A stretch of 64,000 bases of DNA from the NCBI RefSeq assembly GCF_009914755.1, contig NC_060929.1; one strand, given 5' to 3'. Both the position numbers and the translations under genes were made by a program. Source of the DNA: the human T2T-CHM13v2.0 reference genome, Homo sapiens. The notes beneath the pieces were generated by a model. That model was not told where the DNA came from. It saw only the letters and a list, made by a program, of their open reading frames with translations, and did no database searches. Below, in pieces: positions 37,620 through 52,166 of the stretch (positions are counted from its first letter, which is position 1; the number at the start of each line of letters is the position of its first letter).

Positions 37620-40600
37620 CTAGAGCTAATAACTGCAGCATCTGGGACTCACATCCTGGCCTGACATCAGAGCCCTCATACTCTGCCCACCCCTCCACGG
37701 GACCATAGGCCTGATCCCTCTGGCACTCCACAACTCTGAAGTCAACATGCACATCTGTGATGCTGTCTTCACTGTCTCTATTCATGTACTCGCTGCACCA
37801 TCCAGGCCACAGTCTCCCCAAGGGGGAACAACTTCAAGCATTATGTTCTGCACGCGCTTGGCAGACACTTTATGCTCTGCAAGGCAAGGTCTCAGAGACA
37901 AAAGACAAGTTCTATCCTCTCCTAATGTGCATGTTTGCTCAGAGTGCCTTGCAGGCACAGTATAAATGTAGTTATATTTTAAGATCTGCTCAGAATAAAC
38001 AAAACCTATTCCCAGAGACTTTACTCTTCATAAGTGTCAAGAAAATCCAGCAAATCGAACAGGTGTCTCACTGTACAAAGAGAATCAGGACGCTGCCAAG
38101 GAAGATGGCTTAGGCCTCACGGATGCAGTCATGTCTCAGGTTTGAAAAAATGATAGCAAAAAATAAAAGCAAAATGAAATATGTCACTTGGCTTTTGAGA
38201 TTGTGCCTACTAGCACAGAAGGACGTGTGTGAACTAAGAGTTTTACAGGCTGATTACATATTTTAAACAAAAATTATCTTACTCACTCATTTGTTCCATG
38301 AGTTTTTACTGAGCTTCTGTGTGTCAGGCACTGTGGTAGACCCTCAGGCTATACCCCTGAATAGGACAGATACAGCCCTGGCCCTCTTGCTGAGAGTAGA
38401 GACGACACTTCCCAGCATCCCCTGCCAGTCACTCAAATAGGTTTGCAAAAACTCCATGTTTACAACGATGTGGGTAACAGCTAATCCCAGGAGAAAATCA
38501 TTTCATACAGCAACATCTCTAAAAACTTGTTCCTTCTAATAATGTGTCACGGGAAGAAAACAAAAAGCTTTTGTAGCCAAATTACCTGAGAATGAGTGGT
38601 TTTAAAGCTGGCAAACTGTTTTCTCTACTGCAGGACTTCTCTGATCCTTTACCATGTGACTGTGCTCGGTGACTTGCCAGAGAGCGCCAGGGCTGCGGTG
38701 TGTGGGTACACAGGCCTGCCCAACTCCAGGAAATGAGCAAAGCCTTGCAAACATGTATGTGATCAGACATACTCTCAGCAAAGAGCGTTTTGATGGACGG
38801 TGTTCCACAGAAAGCACTTCAGAAAGACACCTCCGTGGAGGATAGTGTCTGAGTTAGACCTACTGTGGAGATGAAATCCCAGCCTCACCTTGGCCCTCCT
38901 TGCTAGGTATGCCATTGCCCTGATGCACCAATACAGAACTGCCAGGTTTCCTTCAGAACAAGAATCTCTTTCAATGGAAGAAAATAAAATTAAAAATCTG
39001 AAAGGTATTTTATTCTTTATGTCACTAAAAAAAAAATCTTGTCTTGGGCATTTCTTTCAGCTCACCCCATGGAATCGGTCACTATGAATAATTGAAAATA
39101 TAAATAAAAAATTCATTTGGTAGCCCAGCCAATCTCTGCTGTGTCCGTGGAGGGTGGTAAGACTTGTTGTCTCAAGAGGAATTTCCATGACCTCTTTCCT
39201 ACCCATTCAGGAGCAAATAAAGTCGATTTCCACTAGAAGAATGTCAGGCAGAAGTGTGAACAATAGTGGTGTTGAATGACAGAGACAGTAGGTTCCTGGA
39301 AGAAAATGAGGGTCTTCACAGGTTATTTAAAATAAAGAAATCTGGCTAGAGTTTCAGACTAGAAGAGAAGAGCAGGCTGAAATGGAAGATGCTCAGTTAT
39401 TCACAGAAAATTACCTGTGGTTGAGGAAGGAGTCAGAGAACCTTGCCCTTTGGCAACACCGGAGAGTAGAAACTTATTTTGTCTGTTCTGGTCTCCAAGT
39501 TCGGTGCCCTTTTTGTTCCTCCTGGCTCTTTGTTCCACTCTTTGTTCTTACCTGACCCTTTCAGAAGTACAATATCTATATTCTCCTTTCCCAGTGAAAT
39601 CTGATCTCAGGAAATGAGCTGAACCTCATTCACACCAAAATGTAATGACTAATGCTAGATAAATGATCTGATGCCAGATCAAGTGTTAAACCAAAAGAAC
39701 TGTATTCCCAAAGCAGGCTTTCAGGCATCAGAAGGCTGCTGGGTGACTGTCTTTGAGCAGAAGGCCTTCAATCAAGTGCAAGTACATCCCGACACTTATC
39801 CACTCCCACAGGTGTCAGAGTAAGCCACAGGGGCCTCAGTCACAAAGGGGAGGTCTGGGAGGGTTTGGCTGTCCCCTCTCCAGTGTTCATGCTGATGCAG
39901 AGACTAGCTAGACCTGCAGACCTTCAGGAGGGGACAATGAGTTAGACTGAGGTCAAAAACCATATATCATTTCCTTTCCTTCCCTACTGAGGACCCTCTT
40001 GTCTAGGCTCACCCAGAGCAGAAGAGGTGCATAGGCCAGCTCTTCTCCCCACAAGGTCCATCCACACAGTGATGCCACTTTCAGTGCCCTGGAGATGTCC
40101 AAGCTCAACACTCCCATTCAACAGTGGAAGAAGGGCCCCAAGAAGGGCAGACGCTTCCCCAGGGCTGTACAGAGGACCTGTGGAAGAGCCTTGCAGAAAT
40201 CAAGCACCTCACTGCTTCCAACCCACTCAGCTGCCTCAACTCTAGCAACCATCACAGCCACCTGTGAAGCTCAGCCTCTCAGCCCCGTTGTATGAAATCC
40301 CAGATCCAACAGGAAGCATATTCACACAGTTCCTCCTTAGGGTCAATCCCAACCCTCTACTTTTAGGGAACAAGAAGTCAATCCCTTCTACAATACCCAA
40401 GGATTCATCCTGCAACATGTTCCCTGGTGTTTGGCTATTCCTGTGTGGGGCACTCTGTTTCAGCATGAGAATATCAGAAAGCCTGTAAGGTGCTGGGGGC
40501 TACTGACATTCCCCCAGTTAACTGACTTCCAGTGGAAGTGTTAAGTCCAAGAGGTCACCTCTGGGAAACCCATACCAGGTGCCATACAGGAGACTTCAGC

Positions 40601-41151
40601 TCCCCATCATAGAACAGGATCAGCAAGTTTCATTTAACCAGGCTAGGGTCCACAGGAATGCCCAGTGAACTCTTTTCCCCACAGTGAGTATTGTCTATAA
40701 CCTTTTGGGAATAAGTTTTCTGTACAAAAATATAATTGACACAATAAACAGCCCCTTCCCACAATGGAAAAACCTAATAGAATTTAATTATCGCAAAGAG
40801 ATTCTGGGAGAAAAGAAGTTACACTTCTCTCTCTTGATCCCTCCCAAGAGGCTCCCATGCACCAGGAGTCTGAGCCAAAATAGCTGCCTGAGAAAGGCAC
40901 AGCATGGCCCATGCTCAAGTGTGGGGAGTCCTTAATTAAAGTCCATCCTGTATGACTTTCCCTGATGACTATTTAAAAATCAAAACAAAGGTCATAAAGC
41001 CAGAACGTTTTATTCTACTTACAAGTCCGAAGTCATTTCACATTTGCGTGAATAACCTTCTGTGAAGACAGGTGTCACATCTTAACTTTTAGTGACCCTG
41101 TGGCACTTGCTGTCATTGAAGTGGGCTAGATGTTCACAGCACACCTCAGGG

Positions 41152-41370
41152 CAGCAGTTCTTAAGCAAAAGTGATTTTGCCCCCTAGGGGACATTTGCCA
41201 ATGTCTGGAGATAATTCTGATGTTCACAAATGGGGAGGGGGCGGTGCCACTGACATTTAGTGGGTAGAGGTCAGGGATGCTGTTAACCAACCTATACTGT
41301 GCAGGACAACTGCCTGCAACAGGGAATTTTCCAGTCCAAAAGCCAATACTACCAAGGTTGAGAAACCCTG
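41152..41370 (+). mobile_element. MER20 (hAT-Charlie)
   Basis: gtgattttgcccccta...ggacatttgccaatgtctggaga...tagtgggtagaggtcagggatgctg...aaggttgagaaaccctg. Confidence 0.88.
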
Positions 41371-41377
41371 CTGTCAA

Positions 41378-42450
41378 GCAATGGTTTTAAACAACACTGG
41401 GCATAAGGTTTCACATAAAGTATTTAGTATAAACGCAGGTTTCTGGATTCTACCGACAGAGATTGTTTCAGTTGGTCTGAAATGGGAATTTGCCATTTTT
41501 TAAAAAAACAAAGACTGTTCCCCATTCCCCAAGGGATTTTGATGCAAGTGTTTCCTGTATTTCCAAAATGATGGGCTTGCAATTCCAAAAGCTACCACCA
41601 GGCAGCAGTGCTGTTAGCTTGGGTAACAAAAGCTTTATAGAAGGTTCTTAGGCAGAGTCTCAAAGAACCACACACGCTCTACTTCTCCACGAAAATACAA
41701 TCACAGGTAAGTAGAAACATGGACTAAATATAGAAAGTGAATAAACTCACACAATATAGATCAATATTTAAAAAGAATGCAAACACCAGACGTTAGGGGC
41801 ACCCTTCTAACAAATATTCATCTCTGCCTAATGTAACTTGTATGGAATTGTTTGGAGCCAAGTGATTTCAGAGCTGGAAGGACTAAAGTCATCCAGTCCC
41901 ATAGCCTCATTTTAGCAAAGAATATGACTGCCTTTAAACGACCAGTTTCTAGAATTTGAGACCTTGCAATGCTGTGCCCACTCAGTCCCAATAGTGAGCA
42001 CTTCAGAATCCCTTCCCTGATGAGCTCTTCCTGTTTATGGGGTGAGCCTGTGTCTGCCTCTGAAACATATCCCCAGCTGCTTGCACCTCTTGCAGTAAAT
42101 ACTCCTCCTGCAGAGATGGGCATTACCTGGATTCCATACTTCAGTGTTAACCAAATTTGCTCTATCCAAGAATCACCTAGGGCTTGGTCAAAATACAGGC
42201 TTTCCCTCTGAAGAGTCCCACACAGTTGTTCTGGAGCAGGGCTGACCATCTGTATTTTTAGCAAACACCCTGGTCTAAGTGGCTCTTTAGCTCTGGCTCT
42301 ATTCCAAAACTTTCCCAAAATGTGGTCCCTATAAAAAATCAACTGGGAGCCATTCCAGACCAATCACTCTCTCTAGGGGCTGAGCCCAGGAATGTGTAAC
42401 AAACTGCAGGTTGAGTATTTTACACATTAAGGTTGAGGCCCCTAACACTC
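41378..42450. mobile_element. Cluster of MER5-like MITE and MIR fragments
   Basis: Separate MER5-like pieces at ~41378-41560, ~42140-42300 (gaatcacctagggcttggtcaaaatacagg) and ~42310-42450. Confidence 0.45.
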
Positions 42451-43669
42451 TATATAGAAATTACTTACAGCATGATGCCCTCCCAGATCTTAAGGAAGCC
42501 TCATCTCTAAAAAGGCAGGGAAGAGAAGGCTACCAGATAGACACACATGTCTCAGCATTACTGCAGGCACTCCAGCAGACACTGCAGGCACCAAAGAGCA
42601 CTGATCTCTGCCTCATCTGGGCCTCAGACACCTGTGTGACAGGGCTCATCACTGCCATCTTATCAGACAAAATAGATTCGGAAAAGCGAAGCAGCTGCCC
42701 AAGGCCATGGGGCTGAGTAGCTGAGTCAGGGTTCAAACTCAGGTCTGTCCCACCCAAAGCCCCTGTCTTCCTTTGCACAGGCTCCCTCTCAAGAGGCAAT
42801 TCTGTTAAGGCCTCAACTCTCCTTTCTCCTGCATCAGATGCCCTTTGGCTTCCTCTCCCAGCACACAACAGAATAGACCCCAAAGAATGAGAAGCCCAGG
42901 AAGACCGGGAAGTTGCATTTCCTTGTGGGCCCCTCCTGCCCTCATGAGCTGGGCACCTGGAAGCTGGGGTCACAGAACAGGAGTTTGCTCCCCCTCCTTC
43001 CCTGCACCCCTCCTCCACCCATCCTTTATCCTGAATGGCTAATTTAAATGGATAGGATTTATTTGACTCAACTCTGCATTGTCTGACCCCAACCTGCTTC
43101 CAGCTATAACTCCCAAGTCAAAAGGCAGGAAGTCAGAACAGGGAGGAGAAAAAGACCGAGATAATCAGCCCTTGATTAACATTGAGCTGTGAATGCACAG
43201 CCTTTTCTAAAGCTGCACAGAGGGTGAACAGGAGGAATGCAAATGAGGTGGCAGTTACGAAAATGATGCCTGAACTGTAAAGCGCCATATAAACAGGAGG
43301 TACATTCAAATTTAAAAGAAACAAACAGGGAAACATGGTTTTCCAGACAATTCTCCTCCGAGGCTTGCCTCCTTCTACCAACGTTCTCCCAAAAAGGAGT
43401 TTGCAGCTCAGAAAGACAACTCCTGATAGCACTGTGTGCCAGGCCCAGTGTTAGACACTTTAAGTCAAACAAAAACGTGCAATACGTGAGCCCTGTCTTC
43501 AAAAAACTGATGATCTGATAAAGAAGGGAACTGAGAAATACCCCAAATCTACATGGTGTATGCCTAGTGGGGCAGACTCCAGAATGTGAGAGTCAGAAAA
43601 AGTTACTCAGACCTCCTGCAGGATACCAGCCAACGGCACCTCCTAATGGGCCTCTCCCTTCTCTGTTAC

Positions 43670-44870
43670 CTCCAGGGTCCTTCCAGTTCTGCCTCCTAAA
43701 CATGTCTCAAAGGCACCACTTACCTCCCCTGCAGCGTCATTACCTTGGTCCAGGCCTGTCCTCTGTATCCTGGGTAGCCCTCCACCCTCCCTTGCACCAA
43801 GCCATCACCCACATCGTAGCTGAAGTGATTTTTCTTCAATCCAATCATGTTTTCAAATCAAATAATGTTTAAATGCCTCAGTGGCTCCTTGTGACCACCT
43901 GGGGAAAGTTCAAACTTCTTGTTTTGGGACCTGAAGCCCCTCTCTGCCGCCCATGTTGCCCCCAGTGCTCTGAGCTCAAAGATTGTAATTCCTCTAACAG
44001 GGTGTAATTTCTCACGCGTCAGAGTTTAAGCACACTGCCTGGAATGTGAGATCTCACACAACCACCAGTCTCCACCTGGTTCATGCTTCTTTGTCCTTCC
44101 AGTATCAACTAAAACAGCCTCTTAGGCCGGACATGGTGGCTCATGCCTGTAATCCCAGCACTTTGGGAGGCAGATCACCTGAGGTCAGGAGTTCAAGACC
44201 AGCCTGGCCAACATGGTGAAACCCCATCTCCACTAAAAATACAAAAAATTAGCCGGGTGTGGTGGCACGGGCCTGTTAGCTACTTGGGAGGCTGAGGCAA
44301 GAGGATCACTTAGAACCTAGGAGGTGAAGGTTGCAGTGAGCCAAGATGGCACTGCTGCACTCCAGTCTGGGCAACAGGGCAAGACTCCATCTCAAAACAA
44401 AAAACAAAAAACAAATCAAACAAACAAACAAAAAAAAACCAGTCTCTTGCTTCGAAGCCTCCCCAGAGCACCCAGAGCCACGCCTCCTCTGGCACAGGCG
44501 TAACGTGATGGCTCCTCTTAGAATGCCCTACACGTGCCCTTCCTGAGCATTTTCACACTATATTTGAATAACCTGTTGAATATGTATGTCCTCTTGTATA
44601 GGAATAGGAATCACCTGGCCATCTTGTTAAAATGCACATTCTGATTCAGTAGGTCAGCAGCAGGGCCTGGCTTGCTGCGTTTCTATCCAGCTCTCAGGTG
44701 ATGCTGCTGCTGCTGGGCTGTGGGCCACACCTGGTGTACACAGACTGGACTTTGCTGCCCAGAGACAGCAGGGCCAAGTTTGTCTTGTTCACCGAGTATC
44801 CCTAGCACCAAGCCCAAGCCTGGTACATGTTGGCACTAAGTAAGTTCTTATAGAATGAACAAATGAAGAA
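43670..44870 (+). mobile_element. L2 fragment interrupted by an Alu and a MER5A (~44610-44740)
   Basis: ctgcctcctaaacatgtctc...cctcagtggctcctt...; 3' end cttgttcaccgagtatccctagcacc...tagaatgaacaaatgaa. Confidence 0.7.
44125..44438 (+). mobile_element. AluSx-type with small internal deletions
   Basis: gatcacctgaggtcaggagttcaagaccagcctggccaacatggtg; (CAAA)-type tail. Confidence 0.92.
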
Positions 44871-46175
44871 GGTAAACAGGTTAGAGGTGGACATTCAGTA
44901 ATATGGGGTTCAAGTAATAGTTTCATCAGGGCCACAGGGGATAATAACAATGACAATGTCTGCAAAATCAGCACCATCCCTTACAAATCAGACCTGACTG
45001 ACAAATATTTATCCATTTATAAAGTTGATTATTGGCCTAAATCAAATCCATACAGCAAGTGCATGACCAAAATGGAACATCTGAACTTGGTGATTTTGTA
45101 CCCTTTACCAAAGCTAAACAAATTGCTACTTGCTGCAATCCCAGAGGGGTGGGGGTGGGGGTGCGGCAGGGGCATAGCGCCTGTGCTTAACTGTGAATTA
45201 TTAATGTGAAAGATTTGCATGTGCTTTTTATGATTATAGCTGACTTTGATGTCTTTGTGCCCTGCTCAGGGCTTCAACATACAACTATAATTTATTTGCA
45301 AAAAAAAAACAATGTGCATAGACCAAGTATCAGAAATATGTTGAAGTAGTTATAATATAAAATAAAACTGCAACAATTACATTGCTCCTGTGTTGCCAAG
45401 GGTAGTCCAGAGGCTCTGAAAGGATGGAGCACACGGACTTGTTCAAATCACTGTCTAGAGAAAAATAGCACAACATCTCTTTGGAAACCTGACTCTTAAT
45501 TCTGCAGACTGGTGATTTCAATATCACTGAATGGGAAAAATAGAGGTAAGCATTTGCAACAACTTCAATAACCCACTGCAGATCAATACAGCTCTAACAC
45601 TGCCCTCCTCGCCCTAAGCCGTCCAACAAGCTCAGCCAAACCTCCGAGATTGGTTACAAAGATCACATTGTTTGACTCAACACACTGGTGCTGCTCTTAC
45701 ACAATGTTGGAGAAACTGGTCAAAAGAGAACTTTTAGGTAACTCTCCCAACTCAAAATCGATAGTTCTCTGAAGAATTGAAAGGCAGGCAAGCTGCTGAG
45801 TCCTTATTTACATACATGTGGCTCTCAATAGATGCCTTCCCCATGGCTGCAAGAACAAATCAATAGTTTCTCTCAGGAAACCTCAAGTACAGAGGGATGG
45901 GATGGATATAAAAGATGTTTGGGGTTTGCATCTCTCTTTAATTCCAATTCTGCATATCCTCAGGGTAGTAACTATAATTGCCAAAAGACCTGCAATATTT
46001 GAAAGCATCTATTTAAATAGTCAATATTATTGAGTTCCTAACTTCAAGCCAGCCCAATTCTTGGGACTGAAGATTCAGGTTTCCAGCTTGATCAAGTGGA
46101 GAAATTGGGGAATGACTTGCTGAGACCAGGACTAGAGGCGGAAGATCAAGCTTACAGCATAGATGGTATAGGGGA

Positions 46176-46642
46176 ATATCTTTGTTTCCTAGAGTAGTCA
46201 CACAAATGACCAAAAACTGAGTGGCTTAGCACAGAAATTATTGTCTCACAGATTTGAAAGCTAGAAGCCCAAGATGGAGGTTGGCAGGGCTGGTTCGTTC
46301 TGAGGCCAGGAGGGAGAATCTGTTCCATGCCACTCTCCTGGCTTCTAGTGGTTTGCTCATCTTTGGCATTCCTTGACTTGTAGATGCATCACCTTGATCT
46401 CTGCCTTCATCTTCACATGGTGTTCTCTCTGTGTCTTCACACTCTTCTCTCTCTGCATGTCTGTCTCTGTGTCCAAATTTCCCCTTTTCATAAGGACACC
46501 AGTCGTACTGGATTAAGGGCCCACCCTAATGACCTCAGAGTAACCTGATTACCTCTCTAAAGACTCTATTTCCAAATTCTGAGGTACTGGGGATGAGGAC
46601 TTCAACATCTCTTTTTGGGAGGATACAATTCAAGCCATAGCG
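46176..46642 (-). mobile_element. MLT1C-like MaLR solo LTR
   Basis: ggagaatctgttccatgccactctcctggcttctagtggtttgc...taaggacaccagtcgtactggattaagggcccaccctaatgacctc...caattcaagccatagc. Confidence 0.85.
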
Positions 46643-46997
46643 TGGAGGGAAGGGGGATGTTAAGCCCCATTCTCAGCATGTTGAGAGTGAGCTATCTATG
46701 AATGCTTGGGTGCTAAGATCAGAAGAAAAATTTGCCCAAGAGATATAGAGCTAAGAGACATGTTCCTCTAGCAGTTCAAACAGAAACAGATGCTTGAGAG
46801 TCAGGTGCTGGTGTGGATGGCATTGCTGAAGCCACAGACAGGAATGAGACTGCCCCCCAGAGAAGTTACAGTGCTATGGACAGAAGGAGAGCTGAGAAGA
46901 GGAGCTGCCAATGAGGTGGAGAAAACCCAGGAGGGCAATCTCAGTGAAGCCAAGGGAAAAGAAGGTCTGAAGGGAAACATCACTGGTCTAATTACAC

Positions 46998-47330
46998 TGT
47001 CCCAGTTATCTATTACTGTGTAACTAACTACCCCAAAATTTAGTGACTTACAACAACTGCCACTTATTATCTCTCACAATTCTGTGGCAAGGCTTGGCTG
47101 AGCAAGGCTTCTGCACCACGTGGCGTCAACTGAGGTAGCTTGGAGGAGGTTCATCTGGGAGAGGGATGAACTCATCTGGAGGGTACAACACTGCTTCACT
47201 CCCATGTCTGGCACCTGTAGGAGTGAGTGCAGGGGAAATGTCTAGAAGGCTGGACTCAGCTGCAATCATCCAAAAGAGTGCACACACATGGCTTCTCCTG
47301 CTTGTTGGTCTCAAGGGCAGGGCTGAGGGC
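46998..47330 (-). mobile_element. MLT1H-like MaLR LTR fragment
   Basis: agttatctattactgtgtaactaactaccccaaaatttagtgacttacaacaac...ctcacaattctgtgg. Confidence 0.65.
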
Positions 47331-47472
47331 AGGACTCTTTCTAGTTCATGATTCCTCATCCTCTTGTTTTCAGTGGAAGCAATCCTCAGCTGCAAGATGA
47401 ATTTGTGGGGCCTAACACAAAATGAAAGTGTGGGAGCCCTTCTTCAAAAAGCAGGAAGGAATCATATAGGGT

Positions 47473-47520
47473 TGTGTGTGTGTGTGTGTGTGTGTCCATG
47501 CACGTGTGCGTGTGTGTGTA
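47473..47520. repeat. (TG)n microsatellite, interrupted
   Basis: tgtgtg run, then ccatgcacgtgtgcgtgtgtgtgta. Confidence 0.9.
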
Positions 47521-48689
47521 ATGTAGCATCAAAGTGGGCATGGAAGTACTACTATGCTAAGATCAAGTCTGATCAGTTTTCAAGGGACATGAGTTCCTAT
47601 TTTATCAACATACATGCTTCCCATGTGTTTCACATGAAGGACATATTTCATTCATGATTCTACATGACTCAGCGGAATGTAGGTAGTCACAATGTCCAAC
47701 TAGGGCTCAGTGGCAGGTTCGGCAAATTCCACATCTGTTTCAGAGAACAGTTATAAAAACAATCCTGACCCACCAAGGACCATAAGCACTTGAGATAGCC
47801 CAACAGCCAGAAGAATCTGGATGAAGAAAAGAGCATCAGAGAAGCAGCATGCTGGGTTGGAAAGGTAGACCTTCTGCACTGGATCCCCACCTCCCACCAG
47901 AGCAGATGGTCCTTTAGAAAGAGCTCAGGCACATCCGCTGACAATGCCACTCACTGGCTGTGTGCAGCTGCCCAAAGTGCTTGGCCACTCAGGCTCCTCG
48001 TTGATGAAATGGAAACAAAATGCCCTCTTCTTGCTAGGTGGTTGTATCATCTACAGCTGATTAGCGGGAAGCACCCTCTAAAGGAGATATTCTCATCATT
48101 CTGCTGATTCCAAGGGTCCTCCTGAAAACCACAATCCGCTTGTTGTCCATCTCCTCCTGACAAGGAGGGGAATGGAAGGTGAGACAGAACCCAAGGAGTA
48201 TTGCATTCTCCATTCCCAGAGTGGGAGAAAACGCCTAGATTTTACTCTCCAGGCCCTCCCAGTTCTGTTTCACAGCCCACCAGCCATCTTGCAAAGGGGC
48301 CTGACATCCAGTGCTGTAAATTTGTAGCCAAGATAGTTGTATGTTTTGGCCACATCCAAGGGCAGTACATTGCCACAATCATATGGTAACTAAACATTTC
48401 AAATGTCACCACCTTTCATGCATCCTTTAAGATAGCACCCTTTAAAACACAAAAAGGACACATAATGTTGTCATATAGATCAGAATAGCCACATAATCAT
48501 GATGGGAGTAGGGCCCATGTAAACTAAAATTAAAGGATGGGCATGTAGGAGCATGAATCCCAGCTCAGCCTCTCATCAGCCTTGCTCTAGATGGCACAGT
48601 GGAGAACCTACATGAGAAGCTACTTTTCTGGAGGCTCTAAAAGATGTTAAGGCCATTCTGTAAGCAAGGATATGGACAGAGACTCAAAG

Positions 48690-48910
48690 GGCTCCAGCTC
48701 TGGAATCAGACAGGATAAGGTTGGAATCCTCTCTACAATATATTGGCTGTGTGACCTGGAGCAAGTGTCTTAACTTCTCTTCCCCCTCATGAGTAAAATC
48801 CAGACTTGCCAGCCTGTTTAGAAGGCTTGAGAAAATTGTAGAGAAATATCTAGAATAAGAGCTGATATACTGCAGGCCGCCAACCAGCTGCAGTTACTAT
48901 CATTGTTATT
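48690..48910 (+). mobile_element. MIR
   Basis: gctctggaatcagacagg...ggctgtgtgacctggagcaagtgtcttaacttctct. Confidence 0.75.
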
Positions 48911-49078
48911 ACCATGCCAGTAAATATTTTAATAGACTAGATGTTCTTCCTCAAGGCACAGAACTAAATTTCACCCACAAAGGCATCTCTGTTAATCACT
49001 CTTTAAATATTTAGCAAGCCCTTTAAACAGTCAACTATTGTGGGGGCAGAAAAACAAATAAGGCACACCGTGCCTCAC

Positions 49079-49202
49079 CTCAAGGTGGTTATAACGCGGT
49101 GACTGCTGAGGATGCCGCATTCTTGGACATATGATTGCTAAAGAATTTTCTATCTTTTTCACCAAGTTGTTATCAATCTTTTTTGCATATGACTGTCCTT
49201 CC
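49079..49202 (-). other. Candidate internal exon, 124 nt
   Basis: Acceptor ttaatccttccag|, donor GAG|gtgagg; one frame open (EGQSYAKKIDNNLVKKIENSLAIICPRMRHPQQSPRYNHLE); repeat-free; no recognised homology. Confidence 0.35.
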
Positions 49203-49774
49203 CTGGAAGGATTAAACCACATCTGTTACAGAGCTAGTAGAGTGCCTGGCACAGCTCGTATAACAGCTCAGCAAGAAGCCATGGTGGAAAGACGCAGGAG
49301 GAGGAAAAGACGAGGAAGAAGGAGGGAGGAGTGGAGGGAGAAGAAAGGTGGGGAAGAGGAAGGGGTGGAGGAGAAGGAGGCATTTAAGTCAGAAATAACC
49401 TGAAAAGGCAGCCAGAACCATGCAGTCATAGACCTTGATAAGCTATAGCTAAGGAGAATTTGTCATCTCTTGTAAATGCTAGTGAAATAACTTCTCTAGT
49501 TCAAAACAAAGATAGGCAAAGAGTGGGTGATGTTTCATGTGTGGTTGCAGAAGGTGGACACTGCAGTGACCCGTCTCCATATTCTTTTCTCTCTCAGACA
49601 CATACAATTATTTTCTATATTTCCAAAAACACACAAAGTCCTTTTGATGGCTATCATCTTTGCAGTTCTGGATTTACCAAGTACCACTGCAGTACTGGTC
49701 AAGTCAGAGCTGACAAACTGAAAGAAGACAGAGATGAAAAACCTTTCAGAACCCTTTCCTAAAAGTGACACAGG

Positions 49775-50090
<316 letters not shown>

Positions 50091-51578
50091 ATTGTGACAC
50101 AGGCTAAGGGAACCCACTGCCGCCTTCTTGATGAATCAGACACACAGCCCAATCACAAAGCCTCTGCTGACCCCACACCTGCCACCACACACCTCGGGAT
50201 GGGTTATCTTTACACATCAGAAACAAATGTCTCTGCTCAGATAACAGAGACCTCCCCATCAGTTAAAGTGGCACCTTCAACAGAGACTAATTACTCAGTC
50301 CATTCAAATTCTGTAGCTGCTGCCAGCTCCCTCCAGGAAACTAACTTTACACTCTGACCAATAGGGACTGCAGTGATATACAAACAAATCAAGAGTCTCA
50401 GAACACAGCTAGCACACATTCATGACCTAGAACTCCTTCCTAGATGGGAGGTTCAGCAGGGGCAAGCCGAGGTGTCCCCTCTTCAATTTTCTGTCCCCAG
50501 TCTCTCCCTGGCAGACCCATCCACTTCCAGAAGGGTAACACCTAAGTTTCCATTCCTTACCCATACCCTCCCTCTACAGATACTTGCTGGCCTCCCCAGC
50601 ACCACATGACAAAGCTAAACACCACATCTTCCCTCCTCAACGGCATCACCAGCTTAATTTCCTGATGTCTGCCGAAAGTGGGAAACTCTCACATTTGCCC
50701 TTTCCTTTCCACTGCCACCATTTTCACTCACGTTCTGACCCTCAGAAGCTCTGAAATCACATCTCCCTGACTCCAACATCTTTCCACTTACTACCGCTAT
50801 CCCCACACTCATCCCGAAAGGTGTTTCTTAATCCACTGCTGCGGGAAACCCAGTGGTGGTTCCCCAGCCCTCGCCACACTAAGCACCAATCGCTGCTCCT
50901 GGCTTCTCCCTTCCTAGTCTCCTGCATTCCTATACTTACATCCTTCATTGCAGCCAAATCTTATCAGAATAGTGGATGTGGATTTCTGCCCTTGCGAGGC
51001 CCTGCCCTCATTGGTCCTCACCCCACTCCTCAAGAACACCTCAAACCTGGCTCCCACTGAGGCTTCTCCAAGACTCCCCAGGATGACGTTGCACCCTCCC
51101 TTGACCCCCCCAGGCAGCCTCCTCAGTCCCTCCCTGGGGACACACCCTGTCCTGCGTCACCTGCATACTCGACTTCTCTCTGCCACCCCCAACTGTGAGC
51201 TCCTTGAACTCAGGACTGAGGGTATCTGCCTCCAAGCACATCTCTCATGGTGCAGTTTTACACACCATAGGCTTTCTATCAATATTTGCAGAACAGACTG
51301 TCTAATCAATCCACAGAGCATAAAGTTTAGGAGCAAGGGCCCGGCCATCAACTGCAGGTGTCAGGTACTTTGTTTGTTGACTGTTTTGTGTCTCAGCCAC
51401 CAAAATGTAACCTTCCTGAGGACAGAGCTGTGTTCCTCATTCCCTGCTGTATCCCAGCACCCAGGAAAGGATTGGCCCGTAGGAGGTATTGAGTGAATAT
51501 TTCATTAATTGAAAAACCTGCTTTCAGGTATCACTTATTGACTGTATCACCTTAGGTAAGTGACTCACTCTAAGTTTT

Positions 51579-52166
<588 letters not shown>

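Noticed and set aside
38767-38842. Minus-strand exon-like segment (HYPPRRCLSEVLSVEHRPSKRSLLR|gtatgt)
   Set aside because: Poor acceptor, and its start phase does not follow the 49-kb candidate exon; insufficient support
40670-40689. ctcttttccccacagtgagt resembling a recursive splice site
   Set aside because: AG and GT share the same G (CAGTGAGT), so it is not AG|GT architecture
49290-49380. Arg/Glu-rich ORF tail
   Set aside because: Purine-rich low-complexity sequence
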